From an uncultured Acidobacteriota bacterium (GTDB lineage: Bacteria; Acidobacteriota; Thermoanaerobaculia; Gp7-AA8), in contig CAWGHO010000002.1 in the NCBI GenBank assembly GCA_963822445.1, positions 128,001 to 192,000 on the forward strand: DNA of 64,000 nt, in the 5' to 3' direction. This document shows, piece after piece, positions 18,045 through 28,282 of the stretch (position 1 is the first letter of the stretch; each line of letters starts with the position of its first letter). A program made the translations under genes and the position numbers. The notes under the pieces are model-generated. The model saw only the letters and a list, made by a program, of their open reading frames with translations, did not search any database and was not told where the DNA came from.

Positions 18045-19721
18045 TCACATCTCCCAGATCACCGGCAGAATCATCGGCCTGCGCCCCATGCTCTTCCGGA
18101 AGTAGCGTTTGAGCAGGGCGCGCAGGCGGTCTTGCAGCAGGTCGGCGTCGCGGAGCTCGTCGGGCTGACTTTCGTCAAACATGCCAACGAGCTGGTTGCG
18201 CACCTCCACCAGCATTTCCTGACTGGCGTCGACGTGCACCAGACCCCTGGTGATGATCTCTGGATCGCGGATCAGGCGGCCGTTGCTGTCCACGGCGACG
18301 ACGACGATCACGAAACCGTCTTCGGCGAGATGCTGACGGTCCCGCACGACCACATCCGGCACTTCCTCCGCCTCGGAATCGATGAAGACCTTCCCCTGCG
18401 TGACGCGCTCTTCGAGCACGCGAACCCCGTTGCCGTCGATCTCCGCGACCTGCCCGTTGGTGATCACCACGCCGTGCGGTACGCCCACTTCCTCGGCAAG
18501 TCGCGCGTGATGGATGAGATGCCGCAGGGTGCCGTGCATGGGGATGAAGAACTTCGGCCGGGTGACGTTGAGCATCAGCTTCAGCTCTTCCTGGCAGGCG
18601 TGGCCGGAGACGTGGATGTCGGGCTGCTCGTGATGCACGACCTCGGCGCCGCGGCGGTAAAGGTTGTCGATGACGTGCGAGACCGCGCGCTCGTTGCCGG
18701 GAATCGTGCGCGCGGAGATGACGACCACGTCGCCGCTCTCGATCGAGACCTGTTTGTGCTCGCCGATGGCCATCCGCGACAGCGCCGAGGACGGCTCGCC
18801 CTGCGTGCCGGTCGTGAGAATGACCATGTCGCGCGGCGAGAAGTCGGTCGAGCTCGCGCGCGTCTCCCGCGGGAACTTCAGATAGCCGAGGCGCTCCGCG
18901 GTCTCTACGTTGTCGACGAGCGAGCGGCCGATGAGCAGCACCTTGCGGCGGTGCTTGCGCGCGAGGTCGATGATCTGCTGCACGCGATGGATGTGCGAGG
19001 CGAAGGTGGTGACGATGATCCGGCCGCGGGCGTTGCTGAACACGCGATCGAGCGCGCTCCCGACGGTTTTCTCGGAAGGTCCGTGGCCGGGGATCAGCGC
19101 GTTGGTTGAATCGCTGACGAGGAGGAGCACGCCGCGCTCGCCGTAGTCGGCGAATCGGGCGAGGTCGGTGGGCTTCGCATCGATGGGCGTGTGATCGATC
19201 TTGAAGTCGCCGGTGTGGATGATCGTGCCGGCGGGCGTGGTGATCGCGTAGCCGAGGGCGTCGACGATGGAGTGCGTGACGCGGATTGCTTCGATGCGAA
19301 ACGACCCGACTTCCACCGAGTCCCGCGGCATGATCGCCCGCAGCTCGATGTCGTCGATCCCGAACTCCTCGAGCTTGTCCGCGACGAACCCGAGCGCGAG
19401 TGGCATGCCGTAGACGGGAATGGCGTGGCGCTCGACGAGAAACGGCACCGCGCCGATGTGATCTTCATGGCCGTGCGTGAGGAAGAGAGCCTTGATCTTC
19501 GAGGCGTTGTCGAAGATGTAGGTCATGTCCGGAATGATCACGTCCACGCCGAGCGTGGCCGCGTCGGGAAACATCATTCCGCAGTCGACGAGGACGGCCG
19601 TATCGCCATGCTCGTAGACCATGAGGTTCATGCCGATCTCGCCGAGACCGCCGAGGGGGATGACGCGGAGGGACGGCGGGTTGCTGGGTTGCTCGGTTGC
19701 TGGGTTACTGGATTCGCTCAT
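18045..19721 (-). CDS. rnj: Ribonuclease J
   Basis: PLGGLGEIGMN, THGHEDHIG, HTGDFK, HVSGHA and C-terminal RRPMILPVI motifs. Confidence 0.96.
   Translation of the reverse strand: MSESSNPATEQPSNPPSLRVIPLGGLGEIGMNLMVYEHGDTAVLVDCGMMFPDAATLGVDVIIPDMTYIFDNASKIKALFLTHGHEDHIGAVPFLVERHAIPVYGMPLALGFVADKLEEFGIDDIELRAIMPRDSVEVGSFRIEAIRVTHSIVDALGYAITTPAGTIIHTGDFKIDHTPIDAKPTDLARFADYGERGVLLLVSDSTNALIPGHGPSEKTVGSALDRVFSNARGRIIVTTFASHIHRVQQIIDLARKHRRKVLLIGRSLVDNVETAERLGYLKFPRETRASSTDFSPRDMVILTTGTQGEPSSALSRMAIGEHKQVSIESGDVVVISARTIPGNERAVSHVIDNLYRRGAEVVHHEQPDIHVSGHACQEELKLMLNVTRPKFFIPMHGTLRHLIHHARLAEEVGVPHGVVITNGQVAEIDGNGVRVLEERVTQGKVFIDSEAEEVPDVVVRDRQHLAEDGFVIVVVAVDSNGRLIRDPEIITRGLVHVDASQEMLVEVRNQLVGMFDESQPDELRDADLLQDRLRALLKRYFRKSMGRRPMILPVIWEM
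19678..19711. repeat. Single tandem-octamer arm inside the rnj 5' end
   Basis: ggttgctg ggttgctc ggttgctg ggttactg; encodes SNPATEQPSNP. Confidence 0.8.
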
Positions 19722-19727
19722 GCGCGA

Positions 19728-21020
19728 CTACGGATAGATGCGATTGATCATTCGCGGATACGGAATCGTCTCTCTCAGATGCGGCACGCCCGTCACCCAG
19801 GCCACGCATCTCTCAATCCCCATGCCGAAGCCGGAGTGGGGGAAGGTTCCGTACTTGCGGACGTCGAGATACCACTGGAAGGCATCCATTGGCAGGTTGT
19901 GCTCTTTGATGCGCTGCACGAGCAGGTCGTGGTCGTCGATGCGCTGCGAGCCGCCGATGATCTCGCCATAGCCCTCGGGAGCGATCATGTCCATGGCCAG
20001 GGCGACTTCCGGATCGTCGGGATCGGGCTTCATGTAGAACGCCTTGATGCCCACCGGATACCGGGTGATCAGCACCGGCCGATCGAAGGAGTTGGCGATC
20101 ACCGTCTCCTCATCGCCGCCGATGTCGTCGCCGAAGTTCGCGGGCATGCCCTTCGACTTCAGCAGCTCGATGGCCTCGCGATAGCTGATGCGCGGGAAGG
20201 GTGCCTTCACGTTCTCGAGCTTGGTGACGTCGCGCTCCAGCTGCTTGAGCGCTTCGGGACACCGCTCCATCACCCGGCCGACGATGTACTCGATGAACTC
20301 CTCGGCGAGTTTCTGCAGACCGTCGAAGTCGAGGAAGGCCACTTCCGGCTCCACCATCCAGAACTCGGTGAGGTGGCGTCGCGTCTTCGACTTCTCCGCG
20401 CGGAAGGTCGGACCGAAGCAGTAGACCTTGCCGAACGCCGCGGCCGCCGGCTCGAGATAGAGCTGGCCGGACTGCGACAGGTAGGCCTTCTCGCCGAAGT
20501 AGTCCGTCTCGAACAGCGTCGACGTCCCCTCGGCCGCATTGGCGGTGAGGATCGGCGAGTCGATGAGGATGAAATCGCGGTCGTAGAAAAAGTCGCGGAT
20601 CGACTTCTCGATCTCATTGCGCACCAGAAGCACGTAATGCTGCTTCATCGACCGCAGCCAGAGATGGCGGTGGTTCATGAGGAAGTCGGTGCCGTGCTCC
20701 TTCGGCGAGATCGGATACGGCTCGGCGAGACCTGTCAGCTTCAGCTCCGTGACGTGAAGCTCAACGCCGCCCGGCGCCCTCGCCTCGGCGACGACATTGC
20801 CGGTGACGGAAACCGTCGATTCCTGCGTCGCGCGATCGGAGTCGTTCCACGACTCTTCCGCGACTTCCTTTTTCGACACCACGCACTGCACGAATCCACT
20901 GCCGTCCCGGATGATCGGAAACTGCAGCTTCCCCGAGGTGCGCTTGTTGTACAGCCAGCCGTTGATGACGACCTTCTCGCCGACACGCCGGGGAAGGTCT
21001 TTGATGCGAACCGTGGTCAT
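19728..21020 (-). CDS. asnS: Asparagine--tRNA ligase
   Basis: [38 protein letters not shown] and GFGMGIER motifs; start ATG 21020. Confidence 0.96.
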   Translation of the reverse strand: MTTVRIKDLPRRVGEKVVINGWLYNKRTSGKLQFPIIRDGSGFVQCVVSKKEVAEESWNDSDRATQESTVSVTGNVVAEARAPGGVELHVTELKLTGLAEPYPISPKEHGTDFLMNHRHLWLRSMKQHYVLLVRNEIEKSIRDFFYDRDFILIDSPILTANAAEGTSTLFETDYFGEKAYLSQSGQLYLEPAAAAFGKVYCFGPTFRAEKSKTRRHLTEFWMVEPEVAFLDFDGLQKLAEEFIEYIVGRVMERCPEALKQLERDVTKLENVKAPFPRISYREAIELLKSKGMPANFGDDIGGDEETVIANSFDRPVLITRYPVGIKAFYMKPDPDDPEVALAMDMIAPEGYGEIIGGSQRIDDHDLLVQRIKEHNLPMDAFQWYLDVRKYGTFPHSGFGMGIERCVAWVTGVPHLRETIPYPRMINRIYP

Positions 21021-21039
21021 AAGGGCGCGGATTATAAGG

Positions 21040-21087
21040 TGGAGCGCCGGCGTCCCCGCCGGCTGGTCCGCCGGCATCCCGCCGGCC
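21040..21087 (+). repeat. REP family 1, copy 1
   Basis: TGGAGCGCCGGCGTCCCCGCCGGCTGGTCCGCCGGCATCCCGCCGGCC, two tandem GC palindromes. Confidence 0.88.
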
Positions 21088-21151
21088 TCCGAGGTACCAT
21101 TCGCGCGAACCGTCGCCGGACCCGGGTCCCCCTCCCGCGCCACAGATACCC

Positions 21152-21730
21152 GTGCGACACGACAACTTCATTCCAGATTCGCGACTTACAGCCATCCACT
21201 CGCGAGGCTACATGCCCCACTGGCAGGTCGACCACGCCATCTACTTCGTTACTTTCCGGCTCGCTGACTCATTACCGACTCACGTCGTGATGGAGCTGAA
21301 ACGAGAACGAGAACACATGCTTCGATCCGCGTCGACAGCCGTCGAACGGGCGCGGGTTGACGCCGCTTTTGCGATCCGGCTCGATCACGAACTGGACGCA
21401 AATCACGGCAGTTGCCTCTTACGTGAGCATGCGGAGACCATCGCGGGAGCGCTGCAACATTTCGACGGCGCTCGTTACGAGCTTCACGCCTGGTGCGTGA
21501 TGCCGAATCACGTTCATGTGATGGTTCAGCCGAACGAAGGGGTCGCGCTCGCGAAGATCATCCACTCATGGAAGTCGTATACGGCGCATGTCATCGGGGA
21601 GGGGTCGATCTGGCAGAGGGAGTATTTCGATCGCGTGGTGCGGACGCCGTCGGAGTACACGGCCACGAAGGCGTACATCGAGGCGAATCCTGCGAAGGCG
21701 GGGTTGAAAGGATGGAAGTGGGTTAGCTAA
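21152..21730 (+). mobile_element. REP-associated tyrosine transposase (RAYT; IS200/IS605-type Y1 HUH)
   Basis: YFVTFRL, HUH motif MPNHVH, WQREYFDRVVR and catalytic YIEANP; flanked by inverted REP copies. Confidence 0.9.
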
Positions 21731-21731
21731 A

Positions 21732-21777
21732 GGCCGGCGAGACGCCAGCGCAACAGCCGGCGGGCCGCCGGCGCTCC
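21732..21777 (-). repeat. REP family 1, copy 2 (inverted, diverged)
   Basis: Reverse complement reads GGAGCGCCGGCGGCCCGCCGGCTGTTGCGCTGGCGTCTCGCCGGCC. Confidence 0.8.
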
Positions 21778-21786
21778 GGATGACAG

Positions 21787-21834
21787 TGGAGCGCCGGCGT
21801 CCTCGCCGGCTGGTCCGCCGGCGTCCCGCCGGCC
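21787..21834 (+). repeat. REP family 1, copy 3
   Basis: TGGAGCGCCGGCGTCCTCGCCGGCTGGTCCGCCGGCGTCCCGCCGGCC. Confidence 0.88.
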
Positions 21835-21845
21835 GAGAGAGGCGC

Positions 21846-23546
21846 CTACCGAAGCCGCTCGATCTCCGCGGTGATCGCCCGCGCCTCGTCCCCTACCGAC
21901 GTCAGCTTCCCCGCGAAGCGGTCGATCTTCTCCGATTCGGCGGCGTAGAAGCGCTGGTAGGGCTCGAAGGCGCTGGTGATGCTGCGGAGCATGCGGTCGA
22001 TCTCCGTCGTCGATTCGCGGTTCAGCGCTTCGCCGAGTTGCGCGCGGAGCTCTTCGATGCGGCGGCGGAACTCCTCCTTCGCCTTCGAGCGCTTGTACGG
22101 GAGGATCAGGAAGCTCGTGACCAGGAGCATCGTCGCGGCGGTGAGGCCGGTGACGTCGACGGCCGTGCTGCTGACGGCGGTGGTCAACAGGTAGCCGAGG
22201 CCGAGGGCTCCGGCGCCGAGGCCGAAGCTGTGGAGGACGGCGCGCATGGCGTGCTCGATGATCCGGCGCGACTCCACGTTCACGTCGTACGACGACAGGC
22301 GCTGCTCGGCGTTCGTGCGCATGCGCGCGTAAACCTCTTCGCGGTTGTACGCGAACTCGCGGCCCACGCGGCCGATGATCTCCTCGTTGCGCGCGTCCGC
22401 TTCCGCGCGGCGGTGGAACTGGTCGACGGTCGTGTTCCAGAGCTTCATGTTCTCCTTGACCAGCCAGTCCACCGCCTCCTGGATGGTCGTGTCGATGTTC
22501 CCCTTCCAGCCCTGGAAGACCTGGCGCTCGAACTCCTCGCGGAAGCGCAGCGCGTTGCGCAGCAGCATCACGTGCTGGATGCGCACGTAGTTGTCGAGGA
22601 AATCGAGGCCGCGGCGCTCCAGGTCCATCATCAGGTTGTCGATGCGCACCACGAACTGGCGGAAGTTGCCTTCCAGATCGGCGCGGGCCTTTTCCAGCTG
22701 CGCTTCGATCGATTCGATGCGGGCCTTGTCCGAGGCCAGAACCTCGCGGCGCGACTCGATCATCACAAACTGCTTCTTCGACAGGCTCAGCACCGTCTCC
22801 AGCGGCGCGGAGAGCTTGATGCGGACGCGCTCCTTCTCCGAGAGCACCTTGAAGATGTAGTTCTCCAGCGCGTCGAAGCGGGCCATCGTTTTCGTCGAGA
22901 CCGGAAAGATCAGCGCGTCGAAGCCGAAGATCGAGCGGACGTTCGACTTCAGGTAGTTGACCACCTGCACGATCTCGTCCTCCGTCTTCGTGTCGATCTT
23001 GTTGAGGACGAAGACGACTTTCTTCCCCCACTCGCGGATGTATTCGAGGAACTTGCGCTCCGATTCGGACAGCGGGCGATCGATCGACGTCACGAACAGC
23101 ACCAGATCCGCCCGCGGAATGTAATCCTCGGTGATCTCCTGATGCCGCTGCACGATCGAGTTCGTTCCCGGCGTGTCGACGAGGGTGATGTTGCGCAGGA
23201 ACTCGACCGGATAGAACTGCTCGACCACGTAGTCGGTGAGCTGCCGCTGCGAGGGCTGATCGGCGAAGCGGAGGATGGAGATGACATCGTCGACCGGGAT
23301 GGGCCCTTCCACACGCAGCTTCGCGCCGAAGAGGGCATTGATCAGCGAGGATTTGCCGGCGTTGAACTCGCCGACGATGACGATGGTGAAAAGATCTTCG
23401 AGCGTCGCCAGGAGCTCGTCGACGCGGCGGCGCTCGTCGGCCTGCTCGCGGTCGAGCGTTTCCCGCAGCTCGACCAGCAACCGTTGCTCGCGGCGGAGCA
23501 GTGTCTGGACCTTCGCGTCGACGACCGTGTCGAAAATGCCGGGCAT
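21846..23546 (-). CDS. Bacterial dynamin-like GTPase
   Basis: G1 GEFNAGKSS, G3 DTPG, G4 NKID, long helical stalk and a hydrophobic paddle near the C-terminus. Confidence 0.9.
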   Translation of the reverse strand: MPGIFDTVVDAKVQTLLRREQRLLVELRETLDREQADERRRVDELLATLEDLFTIVIVGEFNAGKSSLINALFGAKLRVEGPIPVDDVISILRFADQPSQRQLTDYVVEQFYPVEFLRNITLVDTPGTNSIVQRHQEITEDYIPRADLVLFVTSIDRPLSESERKFLEYIREWGKKVVFVLNKIDTKTEDEIVQVVNYLKSNVRSIFGFDALIFPVSTKTMARFDALENYIFKVLSEKERVRIKLSAPLETVLSLSKKQFVMIESRREVLASDKARIESIEAQLEKARADLEGNFRQFVVRIDNLMMDLERRGLDFLDNYVRIQHVMLLRNALRFREEFERQVFQGWKGNIDTTIQEAVDWLVKENMKLWNTTVDQFHRRAEADARNEEIIGRVGREFAYNREEVYARMRTNAEQRLSSYDVNVESRRIIEHAMRAVLHSFGLGAGALGLGYLLTTAVSSTAVDVTGLTAATMLLVTSFLILPYKRSKAKEEFRRRIEELRAQLGEALNRESTTEIDRMLRSITSAFEPYQRFYAAESEKIDRFAGKLTSVGDEARAITAEIERLR

Positions 23547-23551
23547 CTGAC

Positions 23552-24001
23552 TCAGCGTTGGTTGCGCGCGCGCGTGCGGGCTGCTTTTTTCGCGGAGGCG
23601 GAGCGGGAGCTGGCGCTCCGTTTCTTCGCGACCTTACGCGCGTGCGCGGCGAGCGCGTTCTTCGACGCGGCCTTGTGGCTCTCGCGTTTCAGCTCGCCTC
23701 GCGTCGCGCGGGAGCGTTTCGCGGACGGCTTCTTTTTCGACGAGGCACGCTTCAAATCCCTCTTCGCCTGCTTGCGCGTGGCGGACGAGGCTTCGCCCTT
23801 CTCCGGAGGCGGGAGCTTCACGCCGGCGCGGCGGGCCTTCGACAGGCCGATGGCGATGGCCTGCTCCGTCGAGCGCGCGCCGTGCTTGCCCTCGCGGATG
23901 TGCTCGATCTCCTCGCGCACGAACTCGCCGGCCTGGGTCGACGGAGCTTTGCCCTCTCGCTTGTCCTTCCTGGCTCGTTTCAGCGTTTCTTTCTCGGGCA
24001 T
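23552..24001 (-). CDS. Basic DNA-binding protein (DUF6496-like)
   Basis: STQAGEFVREEIEHIREGKHGARSTEQAIAIGLSKARR core plus a Lys/Arg/Ala/Ser-rich tail. Confidence 0.8.
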   Translation of the reverse strand: MPEKETLKRARKDKREGKAPSTQAGEFVREEIEHIREGKHGARSTEQAIAIGLSKARRAGVKLPPPEKGEASSATRKQAKRDLKRASSKKKPSAKRSRATRGELKRESHKAASKNALAAHARKVAKKRSASSRSASAKKAARTRARNQR

Positions 24002-24022
24002 AGTGCTGGCGGACGCTGCAAA

Positions 24023-24916
24023 TCACGATCCTGCACGCGGCACTCGCACCACCAGCGACTGCGGCACGGTCGTGAGGACCAGCGGCGTCGACATCGTGAA
24101 CACTTCGCCGTCGACGCCTACCTTGAGGTGCTTCCGCGACGACTGCACGCGCATGCGCAGCGTGCGAAAGGAGCGAAAGCCGGGAATGGTCCGCACGCGG
24201 CCGGCCAGATAGCGCGACACGTAGCGCGTCAGCACCCAGCGCGAGACGTGCTCGAGCCAGTACACGGACAGCCGCCCTTCCGACATCCGCTCGCGCGGCG
24301 CTTCGATCCCGACCCGCTCCAGGTCATACGAGTTGTTCGAGACCATGAAGACGTGGGTGCGCAGCACCTCGTGGCGGCCGTCGGCTTCGACGGTGATGTT
24401 CACGTGCGGATACCTTCGCAGCGTGGTGTAAATCGCGAAGAGCCTCGCCTTCCAGCGGGGGTAATCGCGTCCGCGCTCCTCGCGAAGCGACACCACCTCC
24501 GGGTACAGGCCGATGGAGACGTTGTTGACGAAGTAGCGATCGTTGATGCGGGCCGTGTCGATCTGGCGCCGCTCCCCTTTCAGCGCGACCTCGAGCGCTT
24601 CCCGCCAATCCAGGGGGATCCCGACGTCGCGCGCGAAATGGTTGTAGGTGCCGTTGGGAATGACCGCGAGTTCGGCGCCGGTGTTCACCAGGGCCTGCAT
24701 GACGTGGTGAACCGTTCCGTCGCCGCCGGTGGCGATGAACAGATTCGTGCCGCGGGCGACCCGCTCGCGGACGATCTGGGCGCAGTCGATTTCATCGGAA
24801 AGGTCGACGACCTCCACGTCCGATTCCCTCACCGCGGCGAGGAACGCCTCGACCTCCTCCGGAGGGAGCTTCACGCCCGAGGAACGGTTCAGAAACAGTG
24901 TGGCTTTCTTGGGCAA
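24023..24916 (-). CDS. Diacylglycerol/lipid kinase family protein
   Basis: NRSSG, GGDGT, GTYNHFARD and VDGE motifs; start uncertain (TTG 24916 or ATG 24958). Confidence 0.88.
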   Translation of the reverse strand: MPKKATLFLNRSSGVKLPPEEVEAFLAAVRESDVEVVDLSDEIDCAQIVRERVARGTNLFIATGGDGTVHHVMQALVNTGAELAVIPNGTYNHFARDVGIPLDWREALEVALKGERRQIDTARINDRYFVNNVSIGLYPEVVSLREERGRDYPRWKARLFAIYTTLRRYPHVNITVEADGRHEVLRTHVFMVSNNSYDLERVGIEAPRERMSEGRLSVYWLEHVSRWVLTRYVSRYLAGRVRTIPGFRSFRTLRMRVQSSRKHLKVGVDGEVFTMSTPLVLTTVPQSLVVRVPRAGS

Positions 24917-24956
24917 TATCCGGCCTGCGGCGAGGCGTTCAACGCGGGGTAATCCC

Positions 24957-27770
24957 ATGAAAAAGCTCGCCTTCGCTGCTCTCATCCTGCAAGTTCTCGT
25001 CCTCCCGCTCGCCGCGGCGGAACCCACGCTTTCCGTCGGCATCACCGGCACGGACGGCACGGACGTTCCCGTCCTTGCCCGCGTGGCGGAAAGCGATCTC
25101 GCAACGTTCGCCCCGGCTCGCGCACAGAGTCTGACGGTGATCGTCTCCTACGACGTCGACACGACCACCGATGCGCTGCTCGACATCGAACAGCACACCA
25201 AGACGATCATCGCCTGGGCCCAGAAGCACGGCCCGTTCGACGGCCTCGGCGTCTCGGTGTCGAACGCCAACGCCGAGCTGACCGCGTTCGCGATCAAGCG
25301 GCTGGCCGTCACGGCGCAGGGGCTGAACGTCGCGAACCGGATCGTGATCGACAGGAGCGAAAACGCGACCGAGGCGATGGCTTACTTCGACGCGGTGGTC
25401 GTGAATGCGGCCGATGTCGAACAGACCGCGGTGTGGCTGGCCGAGCGCGATCCGTCGAAGAAGATCTACGCGGTCGTCGACGTCACCTCTCCCAACGCCC
25501 TGTTCGACCTTGCATCGGCGCTCGCCAAAGGCGCAGCGCGTGCCTACGCGACAACCGCCGTCGACATCCCCTCGCTCGCGGCATTCAACAAGACCATGGC
25601 CAGCGACTGGGCGTATGACGCGACGGCGAAGACGACCGTGCTCGATGCAAAAGGCGCCGCTGTCGAGATGCCGGTGCTCAGCTTCGTCCGCGGCGAAGAC
25701 CTGCGCACGATGCTCATTCCGCGAGGCGAGACCGGCGCGGCGTCGATCCTCTCGCTGCCGGACGACCGCTTCACCAAACCGCGTCGCGTCGATGCATCGG
25801 GCGAAAAAGACGTCACCGACACCGGCCAGCGCGGCGGGCGACTGCTGGTCGGCACGCCCGTGCCGAAGCAGCCGTACGCGGTGCTCGTCGACTATCGCGA
25901 GCGCCCCACCGGCAACGTCACCAAGGAAAGCATCAACATCGCCACCGAGCGGGGGATCGCCGTCGAAGAGATCATCCGCAATCACCAGGCGTACGACGCC
26001 TACCAGGAATCGATTCAGCCGCGATACGTGGCGCGCAACACCACCAAGCTCCGCTTCGAGATCGGCGGCGGCGCGGAAGCGCTGGAAGCGGCCATCTCCG
26101 GCGACTACTTCTCCGATCCCGACGGCCGCGCGGACTGGGTGTGGCAGGACTTCTTCATCAACGGCGTGCGCTGGAAGTACGGCCGCATCCCCGAGCTGCC
26201 GCTGATTCAGCCCGAGAAGGTCACCCAGCTTCCGCTCGATATCCATCTCTCGAACGAATACCGCTACGAGCTGGTGCGGCAGACGGACATGCTCGGTTAC
26301 CGCACGTACGAGGTGCGCTTCGAGCCGCCGCCGAACGCGCCGACGGAACTGCCGCTGTACCGCGGCACGGTCTGGATCGACGCGAAGACCTGGGCGCGCG
26401 TGCGCATCAAGATGGTGCAGCTCAACCTCGAGGGGGAGGTGCTGTCGAACGAGGAGCGCGTCGATTTCGCCGCGTTCGCGCGTGACACGAAAGCGCCGCT
26501 GACTGCCGCCGAGGTTGCGAACGCCGATCCTCGCGCGCTGTACTGGCTTCCGTTCGAAGTGGCCGCGCAACAGGTGATTTCCGCGGCAGGCCGCGCCAGC
26601 GTGGTGCAGCGGGCCACGACCTTCGACAACTTCCGCATCGAGCCTGCCGAGTACGAAACGCTGCTCGCGCAGGTATCAGGGTCGGACGCGCGCATGGTCC
26701 GCGAGACCCAGGCTGGGCTCCGCTATCTGGAAAAGAAGCCGGACGGTACGCGAGTGGTGAAGGAAGGGTTCGACACCGCGCAGCTCTTCATGGTCGGCGG
26801 CATCCATCACGACGCCGGTCTCGATTTTCCCGTCGTTCCCCTCGGCGGCATCGACTACTTCAATTTCGACCTCTTCGGCAAAGGCATCCAGACGAACGTC
26901 TTCTTCGCCGGTGTGGTCGTGGCCGCGAACGCGACGCATCCGAACGTCGGCAACACGCGCACGAACGTCGGCGTCGACTTCTTCGGCATTGCCGTTCCGT
27001 TCACGAACACGATGCATCGCCCTGGCGTAGACGGTTTCGAGGAGAGGCTCGACGAAAACGTGAAGGCGTTGCCGCTCGGCCTGACGCTTCGCGCCGGCCA
27101 TCCCTTCCTGCAGTTCGGCAAGATCGACGTGAACCTCGGCATCTCGCACATCACCTACCAGCGCGCCGAAGACACGGCGCCGAATTTCGAGGTGCCGTCG
27201 GATACGTTCATCCTCAGCCCGTCGATCAACGCGCAGTACTCGCGCCGCGGCTACACCATCTCCGGCTTCTACGACTTCAACCGCCGGACGACGTGGGAGC
27301 CGTGGGGCAATCTCGCGGAGTTCAATCCCGATCAGAAGTCCTTCACCCGCTTCGGCGGATCGATCGGGAAGAGCTTCTTCCTGCCGAAGTTCCAGCGCAT
27401 CGGCATCGACATCAATTACCTCGACGGCAAACGCCTCGACCGCTTCTCGAAGTACGAGCTCGGGTTCTTCGGCTCCCAGCGCGTGCACGGCGTGAAATCC
27501 GGCTCGGTGCGCGCCGAGCGCGCGATCCTCGGCCATCTGTCGTACGGGTTCGTCTTCTCCGAGCAGTTCCGCCTCGAGATGTTTTACGACCACGCCCTGC
27601 TCGACGACGCGAACGCCGGGTACAAGGGGGAGCCGTTCCAGGGTGTCGGGATCGCGGGACAGACCGTCGGGCCGTACGGGACGCTGCTGCGGCTGGACAT
27701 CGGCAAGACCATCGGGCGGAACGCGCAGGATGGGTTCGTGGCGAACGTGGTGTTTTTGAAGTTGTTCTAG
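24957..27770 (+). CDS. Large secreted, probable outer-membrane beta-barrel protein
   Basis: Start MKKLAF at 24957; signal peptide; C-terminal amphipathic beta strands ending VVFLKLF (terminal Phe). Confidence 0.75.
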   Translation: MKKLAFAALILQVLVLPLAAAEPTLSVGITGTDGTDVPVLARVAESDLATFAPARAQSLTVIVSYDVDTTTDALLDIEQHTKTIIAWAQKHGPFDGLGVSVSNANAELTAFAIKRLAVTAQGLNVANRIVIDRSENATEAMAYFDAVVVNAADVEQTAVWLAERDPSKKIYAVVDVTSPNALFDLASALAKGAARAYATTAVDIPSLAAFNKTMASDWAYDATAKTTVLDAKGAAVEMPVLSFVRGEDLRTMLIPRGETGAASILSLPDDRFTKPRRVDASGEKDVTDTGQRGGRLLVGTPVPKQPYAVLVDYRERPTGNVTKESINIATERGIAVEEIIRNHQAYDAYQESIQPRYVARNTTKLRFEIGGGAEALEAAISGDYFSDPDGRADWVWQDFFINGVRWKYGRIPELPLIQPEKVTQLPLDIHLSNEYRYELVRQTDMLGYRTYEVRFEPPPNAPTELPLYRGTVWIDAKTWARVRIKMVQLNLEGEVLSNEERVDFAAFARDTKAPLTAAEVANADPRALYWLPFEVAAQQVISAAGRASVVQRATTFDNFRIEPAEYETLLAQVSGSDARMVRETQAGLRYLEKKPDGTRVVKEGFDTAQLFMVGGIHHDAGLDFPVVPLGGIDYFNFDLFGKGIQTNVFFAGVVVAANATHPNVGNTRTNVGVDFFGIAVPFTNTMHRPGVDGFEERLDENVKALPLGLTLRAGHPFLQFGKIDVNLGISHITYQRAEDTAPNFEVPSDTFILSPSINAQYSRRGYTISGFYDFNRRTTWEPWGNLAEFNPDQKSFTRFGGSIGKSFFLPKFQRIGIDINYLDGKRLDRFSKYELGFFGSQRVHGVKSGSVRAERAILGHLSYGFVFSEQFRLEMFYDHALLDDANAGYKGEPFQGVGIAGQTVGPYGTLLRLDIGKTIGRNAQDGFVANVVFLKLF

Positions 27771-28217
27771 CTACCTCGAATCGACGTGCCATCCGGGGTG
27801 AAGCCAGCGCCCGTCGCGTTTGACGAAGACTTCCGTCAGGGCTCCGCGGATCTTCGTCTCCGCGGTGCCGTGGGCGAAGGTCACCTCGAACGTTCCGTAG
27901 AAAACGACCGTGTCGCCCGCCCTCTGTGCCCGCGTCTCGGGAAACGAAAGAGACACAAGCCGGCCTCCGGATTTCTTGAACTCCAGCGAGGATGCGATCG
28001 CCTGGTCGCGGTTGGAAATCTCAGTGCCTCCCCAACCGATGGAGAGGAAGTCCTCGGGAAGGATGGAGCGCAGCGTTGCCTCGTCGCCGCCGAACCAAGC
28101 CCGCCAGGCGGCTTCGCGCACCGCAAGAATGTCGGGATCGATCGGCTCGACGGCGAACATCGGAACGGAGCTGATCGCGAGAAGGAGCAAGAGACCCAAG
28201 CGTGCATAGCGCATCAT
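27771..28217 (-). CDS. NTF2-like/DUF4440 family secreted protein
   Basis: Signal peptide, AWFGGD...LPEDF and TEVFVKRDGRW motifs. Confidence 0.8.
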   Translation of the reverse strand: MMRYARLGLLLLLAISSVPMFAVEPIDPDILAVREAAWRAWFGGDEATLRSILPEDFLSIGWGGTEISNRDQAIASSLEFKKSGGRLVSLSFPETRAQRAGDTVVFYGTFEVTFAHGTAETKIRGALTEVFVKRDGRWLHPGWHVDSR

Positions 28218-28282
28218 TCGAAGTTTCCTTTGCCTCCATCAACACGCCCCGGCGCCGGTCCGTTCGGAAGCGACAACAAAAA

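Noticed and set aside
17682-18112. Short ORFs containing MQNAEC/FCILHS peptides (also at 60031-60436)
   Set aside because: They are translations of the heptamer hairpins, with no evidence of being genes.
21152-21730. Ordinary IS200/IS605 element with tnpB
   Set aside because: There is no tnpB. The flanks are multicopy REP-type palindromes also found 6.5 kb away, which fits a RAYT better.
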